Assembly (NCBI GenBank): GCA_002633005.1
Contig: NMRA01000456.1
Span: forward strand, 200,095-264,094
Length of the DNA: 64,000 nt
Source: Phoronis australis
Taxonomy: Eukaryota; Animalia; Phoronida
Reading direction: 5' to 3'
Position numbers and translations under genes: made by a program. This document shows, piece by piece, positions 15,701 to 29,741 of this stretch; the first letter of the stretch is position 1; each line of letters opens with the position of its first letter. The notes beneath the pieces were generated by a model that was given only the letters and a program-made list of their open reading frames with translations, was not told the DNA's origin and searched no databases.

Positions 15701-18700
15701 CAACAACTCTTGTTGTCTGTACCAGTTCTCTTCTTCTGTTTGCCGCTGCTGTGTGTCTTTCTGCAGTTCTAAAGCAGCCGTCCTGTAAACAAGCGCACTT
15801 GTACACTTCATTCTACACTTCAATAAGCTAATCAAAGGACTTTCATTGTCTGAACGCAGTCATTTATGTAAACATTTTGTGAATGGATAAAATATCAAAT
15901 CATTTGCCTTACAGTCACACACTGTGATTGAAACATTCACATCATCTCAAAATAAAATGTAATTCAGTTGAGTTTAGTAGGAACACATTCGCCAAATTTC
16001 TAAGATCCTGCAAGGCATGTATTTACAAGATACAGCAGCGGATGTTAGACAGAGACGTTCATTGGCATTCATTTTCTACGACTGTCCTACTAACCGTTGA
16101 GTCAAGTATTCAATCTCCTCTTGACGAATCCTTTCTCTTTCCTTTACCTGAACAATAAGTCACACAAAATAATTAATAGCAACCAGGACAAGAAGAAAAC
16201 GAACATTCCTTAACAAAACAAACAACTTTTCCCTCAGTGCATTTCTGGCTTCTGTCCACTTAGAATAAACAAGCAGCATTAGGGGAATTGAAAACTTCGT
16301 TTTTTTTCAAAAATGCAACATTCTCCCAATGTTTAACATTATTTAATCAATTTTCATTGCTATTCATAACATTTCTTTAAAGGCATTGTTTGTGTCCTAA
16401 ACGTGAGCAAAATTTCACTGAAACAGTAACATTCAGTACTCAGTGTGTCTGTCATTTACCAATAGAGGACAAGCCCCAACACTAGCTGTAGGTTAAAACA
16501 GTTATAAGAAATAATTTCAAAACAACCGATGACACACAAAGTACCTGATAATCCACAATAAACTTTGGATATTTGTTGAAGACAGGGTATTGGCCCTGAG
16601 ACAAGGGCACAAACTGGGCCGGCTGTTTATCTGGGTTGACAGACTCGGGTGTGTTGGCCAGCAGGCGATACGCTTCACTGATCACCTGATCAACACTGAC
16701 TGCATTCCGGTGATGGAAAAAATACTGCAAAAATTGAATATTGTGAAAAAATGAACCACCAACAATGTCTACAATTAAGACAGTGAAATACATCGTCAAA
16801 CAACTCAATATCACTTTAAGTGCCCATTGAAGCTCTGTTATTATAACAGCTTAGATCTCCAATTCTGGTGCTTTTCCATATATTTTGCATAGTCCCATAG
16901 GACGCAAGAAAGCATCACCATACAATGTAAGTTCTACGACTAAACCGCATTGCTGATATTCCAAGCTGGTATTACCTCAAAGTCTTCAATCCGCCCACAC
17001 TGTAACAACGGCCCTCTGGAGGTTACACAGTACGCTACAACCACCATCAACATAAACGCTGGTGGATTGCTAAATATGTTATCAAATAACTTTAGCCACT
17101 CCTCTCGTGTAAACACCTCTGAAAACAGCGTCTCCAACAGAGGCCAGGCATACGTCTACAATGTAGAGGTAACAGACTGACAAGGTGCAAAAAAATGTTG
17201 CCATACAGTCAGTTAACAAACTCATGTTTTGACATATGGTCATTTAAAAAAGCTCATGTTTTACTTGATGGCCATTTAACAAAGCTCATGTTTTGACATA
17301 CAGTCAGCTAAAAATGTACTGAAGATGCAATTTCTGGGTTTGGCCAGAACTGACAGTTTGTTAATGCGTGAGACCTTGCTCTGCAAGTTGCGGCCTGTCA
17401 TTTTATTTGCCAAGCATGGACTCTAGCAATAATGAATTGCCAGTTCATTACAAGACAAAAACTCAGTTTTCATTTGAGTAAGGAACAAATTGAGACCAAT
17501 TTCATAGTCGTATGTGGTCTTCCAAGGAGCATTGGTAACTAGCCGGTTTATATATCGGCTAATACGTTTTAAGTTACACACCGTTGTCAAATAATATAAA
17601 GGAAATAGACAGCCCTCCAATAAACAGCAGCCCTCCAATAAACAAACGAAGGATTCTGATGACTATCACTGTCACAGAATATGCATTAACACAACACTAA
17701 CAAACCACTTTACCTGAGCAGTGACTTCACAGTTGATGAAATGTTGAAGCAGAGTGCGGTCGTGATATCCAATTATATTCTCAACCATACTTAGCACACT
17801 AATGGGTGGATTCGGAAAGTACTCAAACCAGTTTTGACACCAGTTAGCTAAAAATAGAATACAATTGAACTAGTTTTAACATGTTGTCTGCGAAATAAAA
17901 TTTTGTAAAATGCACAATGACCCGGCTCAGACCTTTATCCTCGAATCTCTCATAGGTAAACTGTTGTATTGATATACGGGATTGCTCTTTCACACTATGG
18001 AGCTGAGTAAAACAGATCTAATTTTTTAGCATATAGTTTTTACGTACATCACAAACTAGATGAGTTCCTAGCAGAGACTAGACAGCTCCGTTCTATTCTG
18101 GATCATGACTGGTCCTAAAAATGACATGAAATAACATAGGTACAAAGACTGATCCTCCCATCAAAGGAACAGATATGTCCCTTCATCACAACAAGTCTAT
18201 CTGAGTTCCACACTGACGTTCACCCAGAAGTGGAAACACCTTTGCAAGCTCACATTCTGCACATACTGCACTGGTGTTATTTCACAGTAAATGCACAGCA
18301 CTGATGCAAAATTATCAGACTGTGCAGTTGTCTTCACATTATACTGCCTATAGTATACTTAGAATAATTCATTATGTACAGAATAATAAAAATAAGAAAC
18401 ATACAGTGTTTTATATATTCTCAACAGATTTTTGCATACGTAATGGCACCCATCAGGCTAGTCAACTCATGTGACTTACCAAATAAGGAAGTCAATACAG
18501 TGAAGAGTCTGACTGTATTTTTGACTTGCACGAAGCCGACTGCACTGAAGGTCGGAACTGAGTCTAATGACAAACATACAAAAAGTTACTTAATACTAAC
18601 ACTATAAACCTAATCACTTGATGAATACAATAACAGTAAGACTTCTCAATAACACGTGCACAGGCTGCTCATGTGTGCCCATTGCACTGATCACCTGGAA

Positions 18701-21700
18701 ACATTTTATGCTTTATTAACGTATAGTTGAAACCGAGCTGAGGAGCTAAAGACCAGATTCAAGGGTCTGGCAGTGTGACCCAGTGCAGGGCTTGGAATGA
18801 CCAATGACAAAAAACGCGGAGACTTTTACGGCCCATAAGAAACATAAAGAGCAACTTCCGCTTTTCAAGGTGAACGTCGTCGGCAACGCCGCGGTAAGGA
18901 AGGAATTTGCCGCAGAAATTTTATATCAAATCCGATTTTTATTACGCGGAAATATAATAAAATGCGCGGACAGAACATTTGAAAAAAGCGGAAATCAGCG
19001 TTTCCGCGGAAAATTCCAAGCCCTGCCAGTGGGACTCAAACTCACGACCTTGAGTAAAGGAAGTGAACACTTATCCCACTAGGCCAAACTGTCTCCTCAG
19101 ATGTTCGCTTACTTCTGTGTACGATTTACTCACCTAGAATAGTTGCAATGACTTCAAAGCATATAAGTTGGTTGTGTTGGAACAACTTAACGAACGGGAA
19201 GGCCAACAATGGAAGGAACTTGGTTTCACCAAATAATGGTGACCAGTGCGCAAAAGCAGACAAGGTTCTGAAATAGTAGTAAAACCTCATCATCCAAAAG
19301 TTTGTAACTGAACATTTCAGTAACTCAGATCCATCCTGTCTAATAATTATACCATACTTCATGTTATGTAGGTCCCTGGTAAACATACAAATTTGGCTAA
19401 CTATGGAACTTCATATATGAGAAATGACAGATCAGATTAATATGACATTTCCACAGACTATGTGACACTCTGTGAGGAATTGTTTTTAAAATGTCCCACA
19501 TTTACATGCAGGCTATCAAAAATAGGAAGTTTATGTCTTTCATAAAAAACTAAAAAGTTACGTATAACAGAAACCATCTTGAATTTTTGTATCAAATGAA
19601 AGTGGGTCTCCTCCCCAACATCCACGTCGAATTTTGAAATAACGTAATGTCATAGAAGCGCACCATGGTTTAACAAGCAGACTTGATAGATGAATTGGTT
19701 TATAGTACGAACATTAATGAACTTTCACAAAACTAGTTCCAATTGTACTCTAGATATTTGGCAAATTGCACACACTTGTCAAGGTCTTACATAATCTTCA
19801 TTGGGAAAATAGCATAATTATTTCATTCTAAAACAGATTCTGCACTTCAAAAATAAAAAACACATACACGAAAAAGCATTTGACAAGGCACAGCAGCCAC
19901 AACGTGCCCCATCTTATAAGTACATACCTTTGTAGTATTCTCAGTAATTTGGTACTTTTGATTGGATAGTCTTGGTGTATATTAGCATAAGCTGGGTGAG
20001 TGCCTTTATCCACTAGAGCTGCATAGGCAGTGTGGTTCTCAGGGAGTTGAAGGACAGAGCGCCATATGAACATGCGGTACTTGGCAGGGTACTCTCCATA
20101 CCCTCGCAGAATTGCAAACAATCTGTCTTCATCAAGACCCTCAGGTAATGTCTATATAAGATGGAAATGACCCATTGATAACTTTCAAACATCACATGTC
20201 TATTGGTCTCTCTTGATAACAGTAATGGAATCCTATCATGGTAAGGAATATTATGAGCCTGATACTTTCAGAGCAAAGACCGAATTTGAGTTACGGCTTT
20301 TTAGTCATCTAAATACTAGGCAAAAGGAAGTTTTAATATAATTTGCCCAAGAAAAACAAAAACGAAGACATTCAGTTTTCACTACACATTAATTAGCACC
20401 ACAAATCAGAGTGATAGAAAAAGACATAAATGCTTATTTATTACAAACACAACAAATAACCAACTTATCGGTTGTTTGGGTTGTTTATACTGAAGCGTTC
20501 ACGAGTGGTTAAAGAACTAAAATCAATCAGCAAAGAGCATTATATATAACACCAATAATAGTAACCAAGAGAGGAATCAACAGTTGATTGGACTTCAAAA
20601 CCACTTGCCCAGACTTCAAAACCAGTCAGCTGGACTGCAAAAATGGCCAGTGATCAAACACGTTGTCCGCACTTCAAAACGCGATGGCCTCACCCAAAAA
20701 AAAATAGTTTAGTTAGCTGGACCCAAAACAGGATAGCCGGTGTTATAACCAGCTGGCTGGTGATCAAACACGAGGGCCAGACTTCTTCAGCGACTCGCTT
20801 TAAGTCTCTAAGAATTCAAGTGACATCTAGTGTTTTTATTTTCGTACCCGTTTATTTGTTTTGTTCAAAATCGGTGATTTGTTTGGCCATTGTGTTTGAG
20901 CAACAGCCAACCCGTTTTAGGTCCGGCCAACCACTTTTTTGGGTGCGGCCATCTGGTTTTGAGATACCGGCCAACCTGTTTTGAGGACAGACCACCAAGT
21001 TAGAACACCGGCCACTGGGTTTTGCAGTCCAGCCAGCTGGTTCTCAAGTCCGGGCAAGTAGTTCAGAAGACTGATCAATTGTTAATTCGCATCTCTAGGT
21101 AATGTGCAAGTATAACTTTACAGAATCAGACTCGGCCACAGTCTTCTTGGGACTCCTGGAAGTGGACAATCTGTTGTTGGCTGTGCCAGGTGATCTTCGG
21201 CGGACTATGCTGCTTCTTTCACTAGCTTTCTCTGACATCTTGCTGGAGCTTACCACTTTCACTAAAGGGGGTGGTGGCTTATTCCACTCTAAAGCAAAAA
21301 AAGAAATAAGCTTTTGGATTAGCCATTTCATGCAAAAAATGGACGGAACTCTACGTCACTCACCTTATCATATTTATAAATTGTTGTCTCATTGCTGCAC
21401 CATGAGAGAATTTTAACATTAGTGCAAAAAAACATCAGTGCAAGCTAGTTAGTTAAAACTACAGATTTAGTCATACTGGTAGCTCACACGAGTCACAATC
21501 GAGTTCCAGTTGCCTGAGGTCAATTCACAGCATGTTCAGAACCTTGCTCATTCTACATTAAATGCTTGGTTCATAAAATGACTTGCTTCTCACAACATCA
21601 CCTTCTGTACAAAATTTTTACTTTCAGGGTTCACCAAGCAACTTTATGATACGTTACTCCAGCTTCATGGGACAAAGCAACAGAAAAATGTTTATGTAAA

Positions 21701-24700
21701 TTTGGAAGGTCAAGGAAACAATTTTTGTTAAATGCAATATAATTTCAAACTATTGGACAACATTGCTAAATGTATTGTCAAGCTGTCTCTCCACGTTTTT
21801 GTAAAACTACATCTTGATCACTGAAATGTTTACAGACTCCCAAGATATTCAAGACATATGTCAGTTAAGAAGCCAAAAAGTACAGTCTGTGTGCAAGTGT
21901 CAAACATCCATTAGGTTCTAGTATCAGGACAATCCTCTACTTGAAGACAAATGTTGAGAAACTAGTCAAATAAAGTTACTAGTAAGCTTGACTACAGCAT
22001 TTTATTCTAAACCTGCTAAGCACCAGATAGACTTCCACTATTACAAAACCCTTTCAACTGATCAACTGTATACAAACCTAAAGTGAGAGATGCAACATCA
22101 TAAATATGGAGCTGCCCACTGTCCATCAAGGCTATAATGTGTCGGCCAACAGGGGAAATGACCATGTTGTTGATGCGGTCATCCACAGAGCCGATATCAA
22201 ACATCTGTTTATACGATATGATGTTAACAAACCGAACTATGCCATCCTGACAGAGCACTCCGAGAACCTGAAATATTAATAAGTACAGGATCAGTTGATG
22301 ATAACTCTTTCGCACACTAACAAGTGACGCATTTCATGTGAAGTCTCAAAATATTGAAGGTTTATATTAAACAGACGCACCAAAAGTATTTCTCAATCTC
22401 ATGGGGTAATATGGACTTTCTGAATTTCAGCGATAATGAACTAATCACTCACAAAAATGGACTTCTTTCATGAACCATATCGTTTCCAAAGAAATTCACA
22501 TAACTATAATGTTTCAGTATTAAAGCGGATATAATAACAATAATAATCTCCTTTTTTATGTACTGAAATTTTTAGCCCAAAGTCAGCTCTGGACCAATTG
22601 AAATCACTCCCTGACATATTCAAATAGGCTTACAACCGGGCAGAAGATTAAGCAAGAGGGGTGAGAGGTCATGACCTCATACAACCCTTGAACTCTAGGA
22701 TACCAAGACACTTGAATAACACTACCAGGGATGCGTGATACAATGTCTTTGTTGAATTTCACTCTTTTGTGTTGCTCTCTTGTGAATTCACAAAAGTGAT
22801 TACACATTTACCCCTTATTATTAGTTTTCTATCAGCAGTCAGATTACACTTGATGAGTCAGATTACACTTGATGAGTCAGATTACACTTGATGAGTCAGA
22901 TTACACTTGATGAGTCAGATTACACTTGATGAGTCAGATTACACTTGATGAGTCTGATTACACTTGATGAGTCAGATTACTCTTGATGAGTCAAGCTCTC
23001 AGATCCATCTTAGATCCTGTTAAAAGAGAAATCCCTGTGACTACTGATAGGTAGGTAACCATCATTGTTCATCACTATGACTTCACCAGTAACGTGGACA
23101 CCCATGACACTACCTCAAACTGCTCTATAAAATAAAAATAAAAATAAAAAAGACTTGCCTGGCTACTGCCTCCGTCAAAGTTATCGGGCAAAAACTCCAT
23201 CATTTTGACCTGCTGCACTTTCTTTGGCATCTCAATAATGCGCTGTATAGATTGGGTCTCCAGTGACCACATGTGAAGAAAGTTGGACTTCCCACCTGCC
23301 ACCAGTGTGCGCCCATCACTGTAAAACAATTATTTCAACTGCAAGTCCAAGGTAAACGTCATTTTCCCATGTGGCACTTGTTCTGCCTGTACAAATGAAT
23401 AACAAGTTTGATGACACAGATTCTTCAATTTCCAACAGCAGCTTTCTAAGATGTCCCTGACAGGATGACGACAATATGCGACCACATGTGTGAGTGCAAA
23501 CAATTGGTGGTTATTACAAATAATAATTAGGCATGAGTTATATAAATAAGTACACTTAGGTGTTGAAAAGCCACAGTTAATATGCCACTTGATGAGTTGT
23601 GGAAGGACTTGAAGATTACGATGAGTATTCCTGTGACATGTAACGTGCTGTTAATTGCTCCGTGTTTCAAGAGAATTGCAAAGTCATAACCGTTCTGATT
23701 GATGTATAATTGGGTTCCAACGAAAGCTTTCATGTCGAAGGATCTGATGAGTGGACTGCCACAGAACTGTGTTTTGTGGTTTTGCTGTATTTTGTCGCTG
23801 AACTTTGTGAGTATCGATGAAAATTTTTGCTGCCATACCGATATCCTGCTGTGTACCCTTCCCAAGGATATTCCTGGTTGCTATTCAAGGTGCAGCATTC
23901 AGCTGAACAGAACTCAACAGGTGATAACCCACTGCATTGCTACTGCTATGTATTTGGGACAATTGCATTGTTTCCCGCATTATGTCTATCCATGTTTCCA
24001 ACCAGAGATGCACCATGACAATGTAATTGACAGGCATGAGGCTTTTAATGTGGGACTCCCCCTAGTCACTGAATCTGCTACCAATAACAGTGAGGTTCTT
24101 TACGGTCCTGGACAGAAAGATGACATAGCTGCAACCACGGAAAGGTGGNGCAAAAGCTTTATACCCAATGCTATCACCAGGGGGCACCGGTAACTGGTAT
24201 TTGCAGTTCAATGTGTCCGCTTCCCAAGCAAAAATGGAGTCCCCTTTGAAGCATGTTAATATCGTATTGCTAAGTGGTACAAAAAATACCTGAAATGAAA
24301 GTAGTTGAAATTGTGAAAAGTGAATCACACATTATAAACTCATTATTGGGTCTATTAAATAGAACAGTGACTGGATGAATCTTGCAACACTTTGCATGAC
24401 TCTGTTTCATTGCCAAATCTAGCTACTGTAAAAATTCTCCAGTATAGGACACTGAAAACTAAATTATTTTGCTCAAAGTCAGAGTTCGAACCCAATGTTG
24501 GCATCCCAAATTCAAGAATAACGAAAAACACAAATTTTGTATTGGCAGCTATTTTTGACAATTTTATTTCAGACATTGTTAAATGCAATGTCCAATATTT
24601 AGGTATTACCAATTTGATTATTCTTCAAAATTCCCAATGTCCTATTCAGCTTGTCTTTTACTGTAGACTTTTTTACACCTGTCTAATCATTTTCTTCTAA

Positions 24701-27700
24701 TTCTGCTTCTGTCGCCTTTATTCTAAAAGGTTGTATCGTTGCCAACTGTATTATTGTGTGACACGTGAATCTCCACAGAAGCGAAAGCGAGGCTGCTGAT
24801 CTGTCTGCCATATCTGGAGATGCACCGCTAATTCGTACCTCACAGTAAGGAAGAGCGATCAATGCAGTATCATCAGCATGTATAATTTGGTCATCGGTAG
24901 CCAACCATCACTTCTTTCTTAGTGTTCTAGGGTAACCTCTCAATCTACTTACCAAACACTGAATCAACTCTCTGAACCACCCAACAATACAGAGGACAGC
25001 ATTCATTATTCAGAGCTTGATGGGGTGGTTTGGAGTAGTGATTGACAGGCTACTTGATAAGGTACCCCAGGCAAGGATTCTTCTATTCAAATTCACTAAA
25101 GAAGGTCAGCATGATTTCCAAATAACATGTGAAGCAACAACATGGTTACATTACAAATGCTACATTTCTTTAACAAACCTTTCAAATTCAATCCCTTAGT
25201 AAAGAATAATAAAACTGAAATGCAACCTTGACAATTCCAATGTTTTCTTTAATGTTCAACTTCCTCTTTCTCTTAAATGTGTCAAGATCCCATAGCTGAG
25301 CCACATCATTGGATGAGGTGATGGCATAGCGACCAGAGGCATGAATAGAAATGGTATGAATAGGGGCACGGTGGCCCTTCAACCAGGCAACCAGTTCCTT
25401 GGAATCTGTAAACATATTATAATGTTCATAAGGTTAGTATCGTTCAACCACATATCAGTTGTCAACTTCTGTTGAGTAACCTCTGACTTTAGTAAATATT
25501 TAGTCTTGTCCACACACAGCCTACCCTAGAACAACTTGCACTGGTGCAACCTACCCTACTTTTAAGTGGAGCGTCCACACACACACACACACATATATAC
25601 GATAACTATAGTTAGGCAGAAGTTGTCGCTCTGTGCATGACGATGGACAGCCGATGCAAACACGCAGTTGATTACTCAAGCCTTACCCAAATTATGCGAC
25701 CACACAGCAACTAAAAGTGGCTCAAGTTTCCCTAGAACAGGTTACACTACCTCGATAAAGTGAACTAAATTGTCACAAGTGGGGCAAAATGCACTAGTTT
25801 AGTTAGCGTCCACACAGTCCCCAAACCAAGCGACAACTCGTTCCAGGGGTAATTTGTTCCAGGATAAGTCTGTGTGTTGATGAGAATAGTAACTTAACAC
25901 AATCTTCTCAGCAAAATACACATAAGTGATTGGACTAGACATGGAAGTAAATAAACAGATGAGACCCAGCAGTTGCAGATTACCTGAATCAAAACACTTT
26001 AATGAGTAGTCTGACATTGCCACCAAGTATTCATTGCGGCGTCTTAGGGAAAATGACAGTGATGTGGGCATGCTGCCTGTTCTTTGAAGAAGTGTAAACC
26101 TACAAGACAATAATACAGTTCATCCAATTAGAAAAACTAATTTACATTAAACATAAAACATCAACAAAATTGCTTAACATTTTAGAGCAAATTTGATCAG
26201 CGCGTAAGATGCATTACGCTTTACGATGGCCAAAAAACTTAGTGTTCAAGCAAACTTTAAGCATACTGGATATAATACAAAGCGCAGATCACAACTGGTC
26301 ATCCAAGATATATTGCCAGGCTTTTCACAACTTTAATAGAGTCTATGTGCACAAGCCTTAGAAGAGTATCGAAATCGTATTCCACCCACGCACTGACAAC
26401 ATCGTGAACTCTGTACACAAATATGCGACAAGCAGCTGACCTCATTCCCAGACAATCTTAAAATTTGATACACAAATAAGTAGAATGTAAGACACTTGAT
26501 GTGCTCACCTTTATCCAGAAATCAGTTACTAGTACAGATACAACTAGACTTCCTCTCGTACACTTTAGCTCATACTGCCTGCAAGAGCTAGCTGTCTGGG
26601 AGTGATGTCATCATACAAGTTAAGAGCTTCTATTTATAGAACGCACTGCTCGTCAGATGCCGTGCAGATCTAAAGATGTCCATCATTCTAGTATACAACT
26701 TCCCAATATACAATTTATTCAACATCTAATCTTGGGAGTATACCTTTAAGTAGGGATAATATACGGAATTATAACATGACCTCTGATAGTCTTGCATCCA
26801 CCCTTTTGATTCTGGTGAACATATCTTACATCTGATTCTTCATCGGAAAATCAAAGATTAAGTCCTCTGTGTATTTAAATTGCCTCACATAAAAAGGCAT
26901 GCTTTTACAACCTGAACTGGCATAACTTGCGTTATAATCCAGATGAAGAACATAGGCTGTAATCACAATACCCGCTGCTCACAATGTCACTCGAGCAGAA
27001 CACTTTGTCTTGATTATCAGCAAACTGAGCTTTTGGAATACACGTAATTGAAATCATTGAGCAGTAACTGAATAAATATTTGTCACAGTAAATTACAGAA
27101 AAGAGAGAAATAAGAGATAATTAGCTTAGAACTGTAAAACAATCTGACTAAATGGCTATTTCCGAGTTGTTCACCAGACTCTAATGGTAATATAGAGGCT
27201 GCAGGCAAGACAAGTCCTTGTGCTAATATAGAGGCTGCAGGCAAGACAAGACCTCAGGTATTTCATATATAAACTGATCTAAACACACCTGTTTTTTGAT
27301 AAATCAAACATGTGGATGTTACCCATGTGATCTCCAGTGACAAAGCGGTCACCACTGACGTCAAATGCGGCATGAAGGAAACGCACTTGTTTGTTAGCAA
27401 CAGACACAGTGTTGTATATGGACTGTGACACACCCACCAACACCCTGTAACACACAAAGATGACAAGCGTTTACTCTGCACCAAATCATTGTGTTGATCT
27501 AACGGGCAACTTTCATTATTTATAACCTTTCATTTTGGATATGAAATGTCAAGTCCGACTGCAACTTCAATATCACCATGACATAAACAGTTGAACAGTC
27601 AGGGCCTCATAATTGTATGCCAGAGAAACATGTTTGGTCAGAGACTTCCAATGGCAGGATGGAAACCATCAACAAATACCATGGATGCAGGTGCATTATA

Positions 27701-28750
27701 AGCAGTTATTATAGTAGTCTGTCTCAACATTACAAACTGTCTTCAAGGCTCAAGTGTCTATCAAGTTAGCATTAAGAATTTAAAAACTGGACGATCGCCG
27801 CACAAATAAAAAAGTTCATGTTCAATTCAGCATTTCGTCTATTCATAACTGTACAGTAACTCCTATAAGGAGCTACTGCACATTAAAGAGTCATTGGGCA
27901 TTCAGAACCAGCATGCCACTGATTCTCTGAATAACATGCAGAGCTCAGTGACCCTGCAGCTATGGTGATGACCAGCTACTGACTATATTCTGTGTATCTC
28001 TCACTTCACTCTATGGATGTTACCTGAGCTGTATGTTGGCACTTGTTGTCCTAAATTGTTGTAAATATGATCCTGATGATGTCTAATGAAAAGGCGAAAC
28101 GTTGAATTGAACATGAACTTTTTTATTTGTGTGGCGATCGTCCGGTTTTTAATCTTATTGTGGCCAAAAACTGATTTCATTAAAAATTTGCACTTGACTG
28201 GAAAGACAGAAGTCAGATCGTCTATTCACGAAAATTTTAAATGTAAATGAATGATTGTTCTAAGTCTAAACATATGATCTTAAATTTGAAATTTTTTAAT
28301 TTTCATCAGGGTATTTTGTTTTATCTTTGATTAAAAGGGTGACTGAACAATAAACTAGTTTCATAGTGTTGTCTTTAAGGATTTCCCCGCGAGTCATTCA
28401 CTGTTCTCCTTGTTACCCATCTGCTATTAACCAATGATTGACATGTAAGCCTCCCCAGAAAATTTTTGAGAATCCCAAGTCTTATTTGGTGCATTCTAGA
28501 GGCCTCGAAATCCCTTCTTGGTGTACTTTATGGAAAACATTGGTCCAGCAGTTGCCAGCGCTCATGGCTAACTTAAATTTCAACAAAGACTTTGAAAATG
28601 ATTTCCCTATCTCCAATGTATGACCTTCTAATATTGTTGTAAAGAGATCGTGCATGAATTAACCTACCCATTGTGAGCACTTGGACTTGGTTTGCGATGA
28701 AATATCTTTCCACTTTCCTTCTGACCGATATCGTTAATTTCCAATGCCAT
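9796..28750 (-). CDS. TBC1D31: TBC1 domain family member 31 (WDR67): WD40 repeats + Rab-GAP TBC domain + coiled coil
   Basis: About 22 exons: 28668-28750, 27289-27444, 25984-26099, 25227-25405, ~24139-24289, 23159-23318, 22078-22267, 21122-21288, 19928-20151, 19134-19267, 17714-17847, 16976-17155, 16545-16724, 16095-16147, 15630-15782, 15371-15506, 14477-14569, 13784-13924, 13400-13516, 12760-12837, ~11804-11942, 9796-9914. Recognisable peptides: DIGQKESGKIFHRKPSP, QLWDLDTFKRKRKLNI, NKPPPPLVKV, GYGEYPAKYRMFIWRSVLQLPEN, NWCQNWFEYFPNPPI, GQYPVFNKYPKFIVDYQ, and C-terminal SLDRGRESLDREEQSLMSEIRRLRFKLA. Exon 5 phase is disturbed at the single n (24149). Confidence 0.95.
18786..19025. mobile_element. 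240-bp non-autonomous DNA transposon (hAT-like ends, 6-bp TSD) inserted into a tRNA-SINE remnant
   Basis: TIR CAGGGCTTGGAAT...ATTCCAAGCCCTG. CCAGTG duplicated at 18780-18785 and 19026-19031. Many internal (C)GCGGA motifs. The flank GGGACTCAAACTC...CCACTAGGCCA reads as reverse B and A boxes. Confidence 0.8.
20561..21102. mobile_element. MITE with long imperfect TIRs and internal short repeats
   Basis: AATCAACAGTTGATTGGACTTCAAAACCACTTGCCCAGACTT...CAGCTGGACTGCAAAA is the imperfect reverse complement of TTTTGCAGTCCAGCCAGCTGGTTCTCAAGTCCGGGCAAGTAGTTCAGAAGACTGATCAATTGTTAATT. Confidence 0.7.
22841..22992 (+). repeat. 19-bp minisatellite, 8 copies (AGATTACACTTGATGAGTC)
   Basis: Direct tandem array with only two substitutions and no spacers. 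Confidence 0.95.
27772..28158. mobile_element. Inverted ~70-bp repeat pair, probable Penelope-like element terminal relic with a degenerate hammerhead core
   Basis: 27772-27844 is the reverse complement of 28088-28158. CTGATGA-TGTCT-AATGAAA-AGGC-GAAACGTT at 28073-28103. Confidence 0.55.
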
Positions 28751-29741
28751 GGTTAGAGACAAACAGTCAATAGTTTTTAACTAATCTTTACATCTGAAAT
28801 AAACACAAACTTTGATTTGATATTTAGAATCAAATACTAACTGAATATGCAGTGCATAATTAACTTAATTAACACTAAAACATTTTAATTAAAATTCTTT
28901 TTACCGTCCCCACCCAAGAGATTTTTATGCACACCACACGCCGGGAGACTGAAACGAAACTAAGTAAGAAATGGCAGTTAAATCATGTCATTAGCATGAG
29001 ATCGAAACAGCGAAATGTCAAATTGCCTTTCAAATTAATGAATTTGGGTGAGGATTTATGTCCTATCAAAACTTGCTGTGTTCATGACCACAGAATCACA
29101 GAGGCGTTAGGGGACTTGGAGCAATCATTCTCAATGGATGTGCATGTAGATGCAAAATTCCCTCATGATCAAAAATACATTTTGTCTTTGTTTTCCCTGG
29201 CACCATTCTATCCCATGTACACCTCATTGACTCAATATTATTGCGACTCGGTGAATGAAAGGACTTAGAATGAAGATAAGGTATTTTGCTACCATATATG
29301 TGAAATATAGTAAAAATGGCCAATTTTTGTGAATAAAGTTTGAAATATCCTTAAACAGTTGCGATTGAAACATGAAAGACAGCTAGTTGTATGAAGACCA
29401 ATGTTAAAATACACTATATGTATTCATACAAGGCTGTTCAGCAACTTGAAATTGATGGTTTAGCTACTAGTAGTGCATGCCATAATTTGTTTGTCAGAGT
29501 ATTTGTTCATGAAGAGAAGAGTTAAAGACATTAACGTCCTCCTATGGTGTCCCTCTATGACTCTGTGCCATGCTCTAGTCTGATGTCTCACATTAACCAC
29601 TATCTCTAGCTGGTCCAGTAGAGGCGGTGGAGCTCCTACAGGAGCTTCATACGCCAGAACCTGTTTGGAGAATTATACTTCACATTAACTAAAACATCAA
29701 AGTAACCTTGTTATAAATACGTTTTGCACATAGAGGCACAT

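Noticed and set aside
22841-22992. CRISPR-like regular repeat
   Set aside because: Contiguous 19-bp units with no unique spacers, no cas genes, and located in a eukaryotic intron.
24139-24160. Frameshift or pseudogenisation of TBC1D31 exon 5
   Set aside because: The phase error coincides with a single n (24149), which elsewhere in this window marks scaffold joins. All other exons are intact.
23699-24193. 164-aa plus-strand ORF
   Set aside because: Antisense to TBC1D31 intron/exon sequence, spans an n, and has no recognisable motifs.
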